The notes under the pieces were generated by a model, which was not told where the DNA came from, did not search any database, and saw nothing but the letters and a program-made list of their open reading frames with translations. A DNA stretch of 64,000 nucleotides. Source: Rhodosorus marinus CCMP1338. Taxonomy: Eukaryota; Plantae; Rhodophyta. Every line of letters starts with the position of its first letter. The stretch's first letter is position 1. Positions 14,689 through 28,519 of the stretch are shown one piece after another. The stretch is from positions 2,356,001 to 2,420,000 of the forward strand of contig JAMWBK010000005.1 of NCBI GenBank assembly GCA_029953675.1, read 5' to 3'. Made by a program: the position numbers and the translations under genes.

Positions 14689-15415
14689 CTAGAGGTTGCT
14701 TTCCAAGAGGTAATCGCAAAGCTTTCCCATCTCCGTGTTAGCCTGTGGGGTAAACCAAACGCAAGGATCCGTATTAAGGCTTAGCCAGCAATAAATTAAA
14801 ATCGACCATTCTCATGTGTCCAATACCGTGCCGAGTGAGATGCCGTTTGAATATTCGGGATCGTGGACCGCGACGACGAGGCACTTTGCCGTGCGCATGC
14901 ATAGCACAGCCTGCGTAGACTTCTCCTTGTTGTTCCCCTGTACGTATGGAACGAGGATCGTGCCCTCATCATCCTCAAGCTCTCCACGGACGAACGCATA
15001 CTTTTGTCCCGAGATCTTGAATCCCTCCTGGGTGATGGAGTCCAGCGACTCGGAGCTAAGCAGATCGCTGATTAGCTTTGCCTCCTCAGGGAGAACCTTG
15101 CATAAAAGCAAATAGAAACACCATCGCCCGATCAGGAAACGGATTCCTACACTCAAGCCAACCCACTGCTCAAACTCACCACGTATCCAGGGGTAGACGC
15201 ATACGGCGCTCCATCCAAGCCAACGATCGCGGCGTAGCAGAAGCCTGCACCGCGCAGATTCTTATTAACGTACTATAAAATCCGCAAACGACCCATCCGA
15301 CGCATCAAAGGTAAAGAAACCATCACAAGTCAGCTAAAAACCAAGCAGAACTCAACCTAGCGAAACACCACGAAATACAAGATGACAAGTAGCAACTTAC
15401 ATCGTCCCAGGACAT
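14689..15415 (-). CDS. PFN: Profilin, 4 exons
   Basis: MSWDD|YVNKNLRGAGFCYAAIVGLDG...|...GFKISGQKYAFVRG...CLVVAVHD...|ANTEMGKLCDYLLESNL*; profilin N- and C-terminal signatures. Confidence 0.88.
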
Positions 15416-17285
15416 GATATTCGCTCAACAATGTAACGACAATTCGCCCTCTAATGCCGTGAAATTCCTAAACAGCCCACAACCCTTCTCAAGCAAGCGC
15501 GTCCACCAGCTACAGATGTCTACAGGCTCCACCACCTCATATATTCCCGTTTTACCGCTCTCAATATAAGACTTCAATACAATACAATGCTCTGCGACTT
15601 CGCGCCCAGCTCGAGGCTTCAATCAAACGCGCACTCCGCCGTAATTCAAACAAAAAATTAAAAATACACACACAGCGAAAAACTCTTTAAAAAGCTGACT
15701 GCTATCGAGCACTTGGTGTGTAGCGTTTTCCTCTTACCCTTAACCTCTGAGCAATAAGCATATATCTCAATCTTGGATAGTGCCTACCCCTCCGATATCT
15801 TTCGCTCCAACAACGTTGGCGTATCCAAGTATCCCCTGTGCCAATCCCGAACTATTAGGAAATACCATCTTGAGCCCCATGAACGAGGAAAATCTGGAAT
15901 TTTCTTCATTATCAAACTAGGGGGTATGGGGTATTTTGGTTGCAGCTTTTAAGGGCTTGGATTTCTTCACTCATTCCTTTTCGTTTCTTGAAGCCGGTCC
16001 CCTCCCCCCTGGTAGTTGTCTTGAATTAGTCCTCGATCGGAATCTAATCCATCCATTTAATCGATAGAGGTATCCATCATGGAAAAAGGGGTGGGTGCAC
16101 CTGCCAGGGAATATCAATCGCCAAATTTTAACTTGTTTTTTTGTGAACCTCCTAGCCAATCGAGGAAATTGAAAAACCTTCAAAAAATCTTGCATTCGGC
16201 TCCTTGAATAGTAGAATAAAATATTCAAATAAGGGGTAGTACAGGTACAAGCTGTTCTCGTTCATTGTAAGAGGCGGGGGCGGGGAGGGGGGATATGTTC
16301 CGGCAGCTTTTCAAAGTTTCTAGCGTGTCTTCAAGTATACACTCGGGTGGAAGAATTCCTCAGAGATTTTTTAACAATTGAAAATGACGTGGTTTCCATA
16401 TATGCCCTTTGCGAGTAGAATGCAAGCTGGTCTTCAAGAAGGAAGCCCGATCCCAAACATGAAGCATTGACTTAAGGTTTTTATTCGTCTATTCATTAAA
16501 ACCTCTAACTTGAAAATTTGTAGCCGTTCCCTCCCTAATCTAGGAAATCAAGGAACTCCGCACCGAGTTGATATCGAGGTAACTTTATTGATTGAATTAC
16601 GGAGCTTTCTTCCAATCACAGTTCATATGTGATGGTAGCCTGCCAGTGATGAGGGAGTATTCCACCGGATAGTAGGGATGTGTACTTTTTGGAAGAGTAG
16701 TGTCAGGCGTTGCAATCAATCTTGATGGGAGTCATGGGTGGACTGATGAACTGACTTCTGCTCTCCTGCGAGCAGGGTTCTATGAATTTCCTTCGTAGAA
16801 CTTCGCAGCAAAGCCTGAACTGAAGTTCAGCATAGGGGCGACGATGGAGTAAGCAATTTCTGGACAATACAGGTTCGCGGGAGGCACCCATGTTTTTCAT
16901 CGAAGCATCATTCGAACTACGAATCGGCGGTTGGGATGTTCTCGTGCCTACTGAGCACACCGGGTGGTTTGTGGCTGTTTCTGGTTTAGTACAGCACACC
17001 ATTTCGTCGAATATGTTAGGTCTTTAATACTCTGTCAAGTCTGCTGTCCATGTTTTAAAGATACGCTCGAGTTGGCCAATCGACGCGACTGGGGCGACGA
17101 GTGTCGTACGGCCTAACAGGCACAAAAGACTTTGATTCGGACCACCTCGGTCGCGAAACGAATCGATGTGGCTGCTGCTAAGCATACGTTTCATACTAGA
17201 AGCAGGGCTCTTCCGCCGGACAAAGCGCACGGAGCATATTGACAGTCCACGTTCTCAATGAGCCGCCCTCCCCTCCCCCCTCCCC

Positions 17286-19799
17286 CTACGCTACCTTCCC
17301 GATGTACCTAGAAAGTACTCTGACCCTCGCAGGTCCGAGTTCGTCCGCATAAGAATTCTCCGGCAACTTGTCTCCTAGTCGACTCTTCCCGTATGCCAGA
17401 AGCTCCATTGAAGCTAGGCGGACGTCGACTCTCCCGTGATTTATCAGTTTCAGGATCCTGGCCAGATGCTTCTCAAAGAGTCTCAAAACGACGTCCCCAG
17501 CTACTCGCTTCAGCGACAAACGTGAGGCAACCGCTGCGAGCCTCGAGCTGTTCCAGTGGTCAGCACTTGGGTTGTCGAGAAGTTCCATCATCGCACTGGC
17601 GACGAGTTCACCTTCGAGATACCTGCAGACTGCTAGGCTTCGCACAGCGTACTCCAAAGACTCCGCGGCTTCGGACGATCGTCTGAAACGACTGGCAGCA
17701 GATATCAACTTGAAGCACAAACGTTTAACGTCAGACCCGTCCATCGTATGCATTTCCCGATTTCTAAGAAGCTGGTCGATATGCTGCCACGAGATTTGAG
17801 CAGAGCCCTCGTCTCCGTTTATTCCAATGTCAAGGATCCCATCCCAATAGCCTTTTGTCTGCCTCCCAACTGCGGCTCCTACGCCCTTCGGCTTATTACT
17901 ATTCACATCTTCTGCTACAATCTCGGAGTTATCGTTGCCCGAATTCTCCTTGTCTGCGTCGCTTCTATCCATCTCCTGCGGTACGGGTGGTGCAACTGGA
18001 TTTTCCTGCTCAAGCTGCAACTTCATAGCCGATTCTATTTCCCCACGTGCACGGGCAGGAGCTTCGAAACTGGAGACGGGAAGTTTGGGGGGAGAGGAGG
18101 GCGAAGAAGAGCCGACCTCCTTGTCCCCAATAAGCTCAAGAACGGTTCTACGATCTGTCATCTCCAACGTTTCAGCAGTAAGCACCAGAGCTCCTGGCGG
18201 TGCGAGAGCAGCTGTATCACTTAACACCATCGCTGCTCCTTTCCTGACCTCAGCACTCCGACCACGGGCCAGAGGAGCTAAGATTCTTGCCGCGCCCTCT
18301 AGGAGCGAAGCTCGCCACTGAATCGAGTACTCGTCGGCTCCAGCCAGACATTCGCTAAGGTATTCAAGCAACGATGTAGTGGATTTCTCACTACTCAGTT
18401 CAGATCCATACTTGCCAGACACCGTTCCACTTAGAACCTTCAACTGAATCGAAAACAATGCGTGAACGTCAAGACGAGATTCAAACGCCCGAACAACAAG
18501 AATGACTCCGTTTCGAACACTCCGATGCGGATGATTCTTCCTCGTCAGAATTCTAGCCACCGCTGCAGGGTTTCTTTCCACTACGACTTGAACTTCTGTT
18601 GCTTCCCGAATAATCTCCGCCATAGCGTTCAACGCTGCGGCAACAACTCTGACATGCGGGTCAGACAAGCTATCCGAGATCGCTCGAAAGGCTACCTCAA
18701 CAGAGGTTGTGTCTGAAAACGTCAGTCTCAAGACGCGTTTCTCCAGCGTAGATATCCTAGCTCCCCAATCCGTCGCCTCCTTCGAGCCTGAGGAACTCGA
18801 AGGCTTCAACGGCGCTAGCTTTGCGATTCTTCCTGGTCGAGCAGGAGTCACATCAGATACGGCGCTGGCACCTGCTGCTGTAAAGTTTGGTGCTTGGCCG
18901 GATGTGGTAACCCTGCGCGCTTTTAATCTCGTAGTTGTCCTAGCGGCGAGTTTGTTACCATTCGTCAAGGGCTCCGCTTGCGTAGACGGCATTATAGAAC
19001 GTCGACGAGCCGATTCTCGAACTTTCTGAGGTGATGGTGCGATATCTCCCTCGCCTTTCTCTTCCGCTATCGCCCTCTGAGTAATTTCATCCAAGCCCCT
19101 CATTAAAGCTGCAGCCCGGTCCACATACATAATCTCAAATATGCAGAAGTTTTTTCTGCTCCGTCTCCTAACCTCTGCTAGTTGATCGATCAGCCCCAAG
19201 TGCACAGCGTGCTCAAGAAGTCCAACGCTCTTGTCCAGCTCCGAACGAGGATGGCGATCCAGAATAATGCCAATGTATTCTGCTACCGCTGACCTGGTCG
19301 CGTTAGCATTCTTTCTTCCTGCGCAATGCACAAGACTGACGATGACAGCAGGTGGCATTCGCGAACTGTTCAGCACACGCCTCATGGCCTCAGCCCCAGA
19401 TTCCGATATGACCTGAATCGTGACTGCAGATGTCTTTAGCAGAGCTGGGATAATCGCCTCTCCTAAACACTCGCCAAATTGATCGCCGAGGCATTCTGCC
19501 ATTGACGCCAGATTTTCGCAGGCTTCACGGACGACAGCCGAACGGAGGTCACCAACCTGTGCGGCTATCTGTGTCCGAAGCCCCCGTAATCCATTGATAA
19601 ATACCAACAAAAGACTCTGGTCCTCTGCGCCCGCTACGAACACTGCGATCTCCTTGCATTTGCGTAGAGCGCGAACCCGTTTATCCCATTCCGCTCCCTT
19701 CACGTCTCCAAGCAACCGCTTAATGTTCTCCAACTCACAACTAACATCCCGAACACTGTGAATCTCCACAGCTGGGCCCACTTCCGATCTCCGAGCCAT
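17286..19799 (-). CDS. CLASP: CLASP (CLIP-associating microtubule protein, TOG/HEAT), intronless 837 aa
   Basis: EWDKRVRAL, VGDLRSAVVREACENL, LLKTSAVTIQVISESG (CLASP_N/TOG), S/R/P-rich linker, further HEAT repeats. Confidence 0.88.
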   Translation of the reverse strand: MARRSEVGPAVEIHSVRDVSCELENIKRLLGDVKGAEWDKRVRALRKCKEIAVFVAGAEDQSLLLVFINGLRGLRTQIAAQVGDLRSAVVREACENLASMAECLGDQFGECLGEAIIPALLKTSAVTIQVISESGAEAMRRVLNSSRMPPAVIVSLVHCAGRKNANATRSAVAEYIGIILDRHPRSELDKSVGLLEHAVHLGLIDQLAEVRRRSRKNFCIFEIMYVDRAAALMRGLDEITQRAIAEEKGEGDIAPSPQKVRESARRRSIMPSTQAEPLTNGNKLAARTTTRLKARRVTTSGQAPNFTAAGASAVSDVTPARPGRIAKLAPLKPSSSSGSKEATDWGARISTLEKRVLRLTFSDTTSVEVAFRAISDSLSDPHVRVVAAALNAMAEIIREATEVQVVVERNPAAVARILTRKNHPHRSVRNGVILVVRAFESRLDVHALFSIQLKVLSGTVSGKYGSELSSEKSTTSLLEYLSECLAGADEYSIQWRASLLEGAARILAPLARGRSAEVRKGAAMVLSDTAALAPPGALVLTAETLEMTDRRTVLELIGDKEVGSSSPSSPPKLPVSSFEAPARARGEIESAMKLQLEQENPVAPPVPQEMDRSDADKENSGNDNSEIVAEDVNSNKPKGVGAAVGRQTKGYWDGILDIGINGDEGSAQISWQHIDQLLRNREMHTMDGSDVKRLCFKLISAASRFRRSSEAAESLEYAVRSLAVCRYLEGELVASAMMELLDNPSADHWNSSRLAAVASRLSLKRVAGDVVLRLFEKHLARILKLINHGRVDVRLASMELLAYGKSRLGDKLPENSYADELGPARVRVLSRYIGKVA

Positions 19800-21125
19800 G
19801 CTAGAATAAGACTTTTCAAGCTCCTCGGCTTAGCCGGGAGCGAGTCAAGAAGCCCAAAGGCCGAAAAAAACCAAGACGCGAAAATGTCCTCCCAACCCGC
19901 ACACTTATCTAGGGGTGAAGCCGCATAGCTCACATCCTGCACTCCTAGTCGGGTTCTCCATTTTCTGAAGCTCTCCAGCTGGCCCCTTAATCCAGCTTAA
20001 ACAGAATAATGAAGCGTGAAGATCTCTCCATCATCGCCAACTCAACTCCAGACAATCCAGCTGGAGCAGCAGCACCAACTCGTTTCACCGTCTTCCGCTG
20101 GTTGATTTACGTCATTCAATCACTAAATCTATCTTATGACATAATTGGTTGTCAAAAAGGAAAACGTTGCTATAAATTTCATCTCTCCCCAATTATTAAT
20201 GGAATATTCATAACTATGCCGATACTTAATTGGATACTAATCAAACTCTCGTATTAATAGATTGCCATTTTTCCATTTTTTCAACGGAAAATATGTTTTT
20301 TAGCCGTTTTTAAAATTTGAATTCCTCGGCCGTTTTTTTTTTCTTCCGTTATGAAAATGGCAAGACTGGACTGGTTCCTGTGAGGGTCATCCTGCAGGGG
20401 AGGTCACAGTTCCTTTATATTCTGTCTTTTCTCGTTGGTTTGGGCACCTCTCAGCTTGCAGGAATGGGAAGGATCGAGAAGGAACTCTCTTCCAGGAAGA
20501 TGCCAGGTGGTTTTGTAGATACTGATATCATCGGTGACAACAAAAAGGGGGCATTTCTCACTGTCCACAAGCCAGCTTTTAGCTCAGCCCCCATAATGAG
20601 GTGGACCCATGCGTCTAGGAACGAAAAACATTGACAAGCGCCCTGGCAAATCTTTCTGCAAAGAAGTTCAGGCCTACTAGGTTACTTGCTCCTGCCCAGC
20701 ACCACTGAAGATTATGTCGGACGGCGTGTTCCATGTCAGTGAGGCAATGTTCAGAAAAATCTGGCTTCACATCCTGGGAAAACACCCGCATGGCGACGGG
20801 TCGGAGCATCTTGGCGGATAGCTGCAGGTTCCATGAATTCTTTCAACCATGGGTGAAACGCCAGTGATCCGGAGGCCGGGCAGGACTCGCAGGGAGTGAG
20901 TTGAATCATCAACAGCAAAAATAGGCTGATACGGAGGCCCGCTCACAATCCTTGGCTATGTTTCACTTTTCAACCCCTCCCCCACCACCCCCCCGGCCCA
21001 AAGGAAAAAAAAGGACGAAGGGCACGGCTTCTTATCAATTCAACGCAGGCAGGCAGCCACAAGACTGGCGCGGCCGTTGCTCTCCGATTAGGTGACAGCC
21101 TGTCAGAATAAATCCGTACACTTTA

Positions 21126-22685
<1,560 letters not shown>

Positions 22686-24835
22686 TGCTTCCAAGTCGGA
22701 GTAAGGCACAAAACAATGTATACCTCAAACTATGCTCTACTCGATCCGCCACACCACGAACCACCCCAACCACCTCCGCTCCCGAAAAACGAAACGCAAA
22801 ATCCCAGTCCCAGTCCACACGCGGGATTTTACCCTCACTCCTCGCCCTAGCCCTAATTCCCCGCAAAGACCTTCAGAAGCTCGACACCATTAACTGGAGC
22901 GAAGTTTACCCCTTCCCCACTCTCGCAGGCTATAACCGTTTGCGATTGCTAACCGCAGCCCGCAGGTCAGACCAAGAATCGCCGCCACTGAAGCAAGTCG
23001 GCAGCTATTGATATTGCGTTGACACCTACCTCCTCATTTTCCCCTACTGTTCAGTACACACCCCAAGTGAAGCTGAAGAGACGAAAGTTTCACCTGCACA
23101 TTCCCATGACCAAATCTTTGAAAACCAAATCACCCCAACAACCCCCGGTTCCCCCGGTCACAAAAACTAGAATAATTTTAGAAGAAAAAAATTCTCAGCA
23201 ATCACCTCCCAACTGTCACCAGCCCCACCATCCAGGAAGCGAATCGATCAACCCCATGGAGAAACCCTCAGAACTCCAATCATTCCAAATCTACAACAAA
23301 ATCTTATACTAGAATAATAGTTCTCTAAATTAAGTCAAATCCAGCAAACTATCTGAAACAGGGAAAATATTTATTCCCATTTGGAAATCGTCTGAAATTA
23401 ATCAAGGGATCACCGAATTGTTTACTCAGTAGCACATGGCATTGCCACCCCCCTCTATAAATTGTGCCGAACACATATTCATCTCAGCATAGATTGTGAC
23501 TCTTGCTCCCCGATCTCGTCGTGGAAAAGCCAGAAATATCGAAAATAATAAATTTGAACAATTTAGTTGGTCATTTTTGACTTGTTGGAGGTACTGTTGA
23601 GTTGGGTACGTTTGGAGACTCTTTTGGGTGGGGTGACAAACAGAAGGAAGAAAGTGAGTGGTTAGGAAAATATTGTGTTCTGAGGACAAAACGAGCAAAG
23701 CGGCCGCACCAATACTTCGGGACACCCCCTTATCATGTTGGACAAAAATTTCGAAGCCTTAGCGCGTTGTACTACTATTATTGGAACTAGTGGATTCACT
23801 TGCCAATTGACCAGCCTATTCTGAAGATTTCATTTCTGCTTAGTATGAGCCACTAAGCGATACTATGATAGTCTTGAGGATTGCGAAGTTGCTTTGGTCA
23901 TGTACTTCGCACAATAGCTTGATCGTTTAGAAGTCTGGGGTTACGCGTTCAGGAGAGCTTGGTTTCCCCGTCGGCTGGATGCCTCAATCGTCACTTTAGA
24001 AATTTTGGCGCTTGTGCCGATCGCGGATGCGCGTGGACCCGGCACTTCATTTGCTCTGGACACAATAGCTCTGAAAATGCACTCTTCTCCCGCTGTCGCC
24101 CACTGGGTATTCCCAATAATTTGTGAAAAGGTTGCTTCTTGCCGCCTTGACGAAATCCGTTGGCGAAGGAAAAGGATTGCTGGTCGGGAACGCTTTTCCG
24201 ACGCTTTTCCGGTGCAAGGCGAAGTGCAAAATATCAGTCGTCATTGCGATATTGACTCACGACTCCACGGACTCGTAAAATCTTAAACGATCCTCTGCAA
24301 GCTACTGATGAAATCTTGTCCTAGACCCCAATAGCAACTACGTAATCTCTTGTCCCCCAGAATGATCTCACCTTTCTCCTAGCACTGTGTCCATATCTAA
24401 ACTAAACTTCCGAAAAGCTTGCATTCAAGTGAATATACAAACAGCTTCCATCCTCTCGAACCTGTCCCATAATTCACTTCGTGATCAACCGACCCTCAAT
24501 TGCCCATCCGAAATCCGTGAGCAAATGTGGACAAACTAATCCACCATGGGACAGAGGAGCTTTCAAATATTGATTGCACTAGTTGGCTTGGAGTTGTTGC
24601 AGGACTTCCGATTGCAGTGTTTTGGAGTGTGGCAAATACTTGTGAGCGGCTGAGTCTTTCGGAGGAGAGGAGGCGATCTGTTGTAATAGCAGACTGGAGA
24701 GACAAAAGGTAATACGCTAGCCTTTCTGAGGTGACGGACTTTTTAGAAGATGGAGCTCGAGGATCATCGGTGTTGAACCATGCCAAGCGGACGTTGGGGG
24801 TTTGATAGGTGAGGGCTGTTGAACGAGAACACGCC

Positions 24836-26673
24836 ATGAAAAGCCTCCGGAAAAGCTGGAATCGTGATCAGGTGGAGGTAGCGAGGAGTGAAACTGGCTA
24901 TTCTGGAAGACAGTTCACCGGAAAGCGACGGATCAGATTGCGAAAACAAGTGAAATGGCTTGCAATTGTTGTGGCCGCGATCTTCTTCGTCGGCGTCCAG
25001 CTACAGTTGGCATCGGTTCACAACTCACAAAACGAAGTGATTGGCAGTCAACCGTCTGGAGATCCCTCAGTGCCAGACGCGGTCGAGCTTGGTCTCGCCT
25101 CGCCGCTGGACTTGAAGAGAGCTGTCCGATACATTGTATATGACCATCGATACGGTCAGCTGAACAACCAAGTTTCCAGCTTTATAGATACCTCAGTTAT
25201 CGCCAAAATGATCGAGGAACTCACCAACACACGATGCATCATTGTCGCGCCGAAAGTCAGCCTCGGATATGAGTCGCAGTACAGTAAAGCAAGCAAGAAG
25301 GCGCATCAGTACACACTTTTTGGTAAGTCTGGGCATCGTGGCTCGAAGGAGAAAAGGAATCCGCCGGTCGCACAATCTACATGCTCACGAATAGGCATGG
25401 CTTCATGTTAAATAGGTGATTACTTCGACATTGCAGAGATGAATAAGACAGTTCCAATGATCACGTTGGATGACTTTCTCTCAAGCGAGGCCGCAAGTTT
25501 AACGAAATCCCTGCATCTGAAGACTGTACCAACAACTGAGAAGGAGGTCGAAGCTGGGCATGAGATTTACGATGCACTTGGCATTGTTCAAGGTGATCTT
25601 GAGACGGTCATAAGGATTGTCCAGAACAACAAGAGGAAGTTTCACCGCTGCTCTCAGTTCAAGGCGATAGCGTATACAGCAGTGAGGTGGATGTTGGACA
25701 ATCCACAGTCCCCAACAATACCGCTTGGAAAGGTGGGCGTTTTAGCTTGATTCCTACCAACAAACCTGCCCTTGGAGGACTGCTTATGACGCCCGATACG
25801 GCAAAGGCCTTGTCTGCAGTGTTTTTGTCAAACGCGCGGACTGATCCAAGCATATTCTATATCCATCGTTAAGATGTTCCTTCCTCAATATGATTGCTGG
25901 AACAAGCATTTGGAGTTTCAACATGCATATAGATCGCTGCGACCCCGGTCCCCGTATGTGAGCTCCGTTGAGAAGACACTGAAGGACGTTGATAGGCCCG
26001 TAGTTGCCCTTCATCTTCGACATTTGTTCTCCGACGAATCTATTGATCGGGACGCACTCAAAACACTTGTGACTGAAGGGATGAAGCAATTCAAGGTTTC
26101 CCTGGATTCAGTAAGTTCACCTCGTTCTGGTGTGCCCTATTTTTTGTAACTGAAAATTGGTTGATGTCGAATGTACTGCCTTTTAACCACTGAAGGTGAA
26201 GACGCTTTACGTTGCGTATGGGCTCAGAGAGATTGACATGCTCCAGGAAAGCGGAAGTCTAGTGGACTTCAAGCAGTCGTTTCCTGATCTCCACATGCGG
26301 GAGTGTTCAACCAGTTTCGATTGTGCTATCCCGGGCAGTCGGGAGCTCGAGATTCTGTAAGTGCACAGACGAGATTTGACTTCCAAAAGAAGCCATCCTT
26401 ATGACCTTAATCCTTCGCTCTATATGTACGCGGATTAGAAAGAAAAGCCCTGAGTTCGAGTCATGGGAGGATGAGGAGTACGACATGACATTCAGAAGCA
26501 GCTACTCGTCCGCCATCTTGGATTTCTGGATGTGCGTGCAAAGTGATTATTTTATCGGTCGGGATACGTCAACGTTTTCCAGGAATATTAACTTTATCCG
26601 GCGATATATTGGCAAAAGCCCGAGTCACCTCTACGACGGCACGAAGACATTTCACCACAATACTAATATGTGA
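24836..26673 (+). CDS. O-fucosyltransferase-family (GT-B) type II membrane glycosyltransferase, multi-exon
   Basis: TM segment WLAIVVAAIFFVGV; motifs GQLNNQ, VVALHLR, DFWMCVQSDYFIGRDTSTFSRNI. Confidence 0.82.
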
Positions 26674-26869
26674 TCTCACTGAACAGCATGACTTGCAATT
26701 AATCTAGTGTGTACTAAACGCGTATAGCAAGACTGACAATTGTGAGACCGTCCCGAGGAACACCAGCCCTTTGAAACTTGCTTTCGGCAGGTCAGCAGTT
26801 TAGCCTAAGCCCTAGAAGGTACCAGAAAAGTATTAGCAATTCATTACATCTTAGTGGCTAGAATATATC

Positions 26870-26899
26870 GAATATAGTAGGTTAGCATCTACTATATTC
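26870..26899. repeat. Perfect 11-bp hairpin (gaatatagtag / ctactatattc, 8-nt loop)
   Basis: Read directly; lies about 90 nt left of the retroelement mosaic. Confidence 0.85.
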
Positions 26900-26984
26900 T
26901 ACGAATATACTCGCCAAAATGGACCAGTATGGAGTTCGAAGAACCAGATTAGAGTCGCTCAATTTCGTAGCCTTAGTAGGTTGG

Positions 26985-27240
26985 ACGGTGATGATATCAG
27001 TTTCTCGAACGCCGTGCACACCTCGACCGTGATATCGAAGGGCTTCCCATCCTTGAGCAACTCTGTTAGGGGAGCCGCTAAGGTTGAGAAGTTTCGTATG
27101 AGTTGTCGAAAGTACGCAAGTAAGCCCATGATCGAACGGACCCCCTTAACTGATTGGGGGACCGCGTTAGCTTCCTTATCGCATCCACCTTAGTCTCGTC
27201 GATCGAGGTGCGGCCGTTTTCGATCCGGAAGCCCAGATAT
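26985..27240 (-). mobile_element. Ty3/gypsy reverse transcriptase C-terminal/connection fragment, frameshifted
   Basis: YLGFRIENGRTSIDETKVDAI / PQSVKGVRSIMGLLAYFRQLIRNFSTLAAPLTELLKDGKPF...CTAFEKL. Confidence 0.85.
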
Positions 27241-27298
27241 GTCACCGCGTCAAGAAATAGCTCTGTCTTTACCGGACGTAGGTATAGGTGATGCCGCC

Positions 27299-28083
27299 TC
27301 AGCTCCAGGAGGACCTGTCGGAGGTGTTCTTTGTGTTCTTCCTTATTACGGGAGTAATATCTGCCTTCTCCGCTTTCTCAGCTTTCTCAGGCTTCTCGGA
27401 CCTGACACTTCTGGATTGTCTGGTCTTGTACAATCCTTCCTGGTCCCTGCAAGGGCTGTTCCATGTGATGTTCCTATCCTTGTACGAATAGTAAAGGAAT
27501 TTGCGGTACTCCTCTTTTTCCCCCATTATCTTACGGGGTAGTCGCCGTTTTTCCTCGTCAGAGGGTGGTACTCCGGTGATCTCTCGGATTTCCGAGAACT
27601 CGGACTCGAGCCAGTTGGTGAGGGATTCTGACATGAGAAGCTTCCGTCTATATGACCGGGCCCAGATGCTGTCAGCCGGCTCATGGCTGGGGGGGTCGTA
27701 TCGCTCGCGTAGCACTGCCCACACCTCGTGTGGGGCTCCCTCTTTCGACGAGGATAGCGCTATATCCAGTGCTGGTCCCTCCAGCACCCGCGAGAATACC
27801 GCCGCGACATATCGTCTCTCGGCGACGGCGGCCTCTCCAGGATTGTCTAGTACCTCCCTGAGATTTTTCAAGTCGAAGAAAGTCTCTACCTGGAAGCGCC
27901 AGTGCCTAAAGGACAGGTACGACTCCTTCTCCCCTCTGAACACTGAGGGTAGCCTGAAATCCTTCAGGCGGCCGTCCGCGGCCGAGGCACTCCCCCTCGT
28001 CCCTACAACCATCTCACCTTCCCGTCCCTTCTCTCACACTATGGACTCTCCTTTCTCTAAATCGCACCGAGCGATGAGACCAT
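27299..28083 (-). mobile_element. Ty1/copia-type gag fragment with upstream PBS-like site and LTR-end remnant
   Basis: ORF 27299-28012 with FRHWRFQVETFFDLKNL and HEVWAVLRERY (UBN2-like gag); upstream ...ttctaaca|TGGTCTCATCGCTCGG. Confidence 0.7.
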
Positions 28084-28104
28084 GTTAGAAATAGTAGCAC
28101 AAGG

Positions 28105-28150
28105 ATAAATTCATCCTTGATTCAGGTGCAACCGACCAAGTCTGCGTGGA
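28105..28150 (+). mobile_element. Copia-type aspartic protease motif fragment
   Basis: Plus-strand frame KFILDSGATDQVC (W/FILDSGAT signature), opposite in orientation to the flanking gag pieces. Confidence 0.65.
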
Positions 28151-28166
28151 ATTTTCTCGTTGGCGT

Positions 28167-28366
28167 TTACTCCTCGGACTTCGCCTTGCCCTGCTCCTCA
28201 GGGCAATCCACACGGACGTGACCGGGTTTGCAGCATCCGGAGCATATGATGCCTCTACCACCCTCTGCCAAGTGGGTCAGGTTTTCTCTGTATTCCCCTC
28301 TAAACCCCCCTGTTTTTGTTGAAACGGTCAATCGTGGCCATGCGCTCTCAACACGTAGAAGGGCAT
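28167..28366 (-). mobile_element. Retroelement gag zinc-knuckle fragment (outer inverted-repeat arm A)
   Basis: CSGCCKPGHVRVDC = CX2CX4HX4C; 28210-28366 matches the reverse complement of 30165-30321 with 5 mismatches. Confidence 0.8.
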
Positions 28367-28519
28367 TGTGTGAATTCTGATTCCCACACACATGTTGGCG
28401 CACGGTTGTAGCCGGACAGAACGACAGCATCAGGCCTGGCTGATAACGGAGATAGCCGGGGAGAGGTCACGCTAGGCCAGAGCAAGGGGTAACTGTAGCC
28501 AACTACGACACCAAAAATA

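Noticed and set aside
15620-17250. Short ORFs between profilin and CLASP
   Set aside because: Low-complexity or non-standard starts, no motifs; more likely UTR or promoter DNA.
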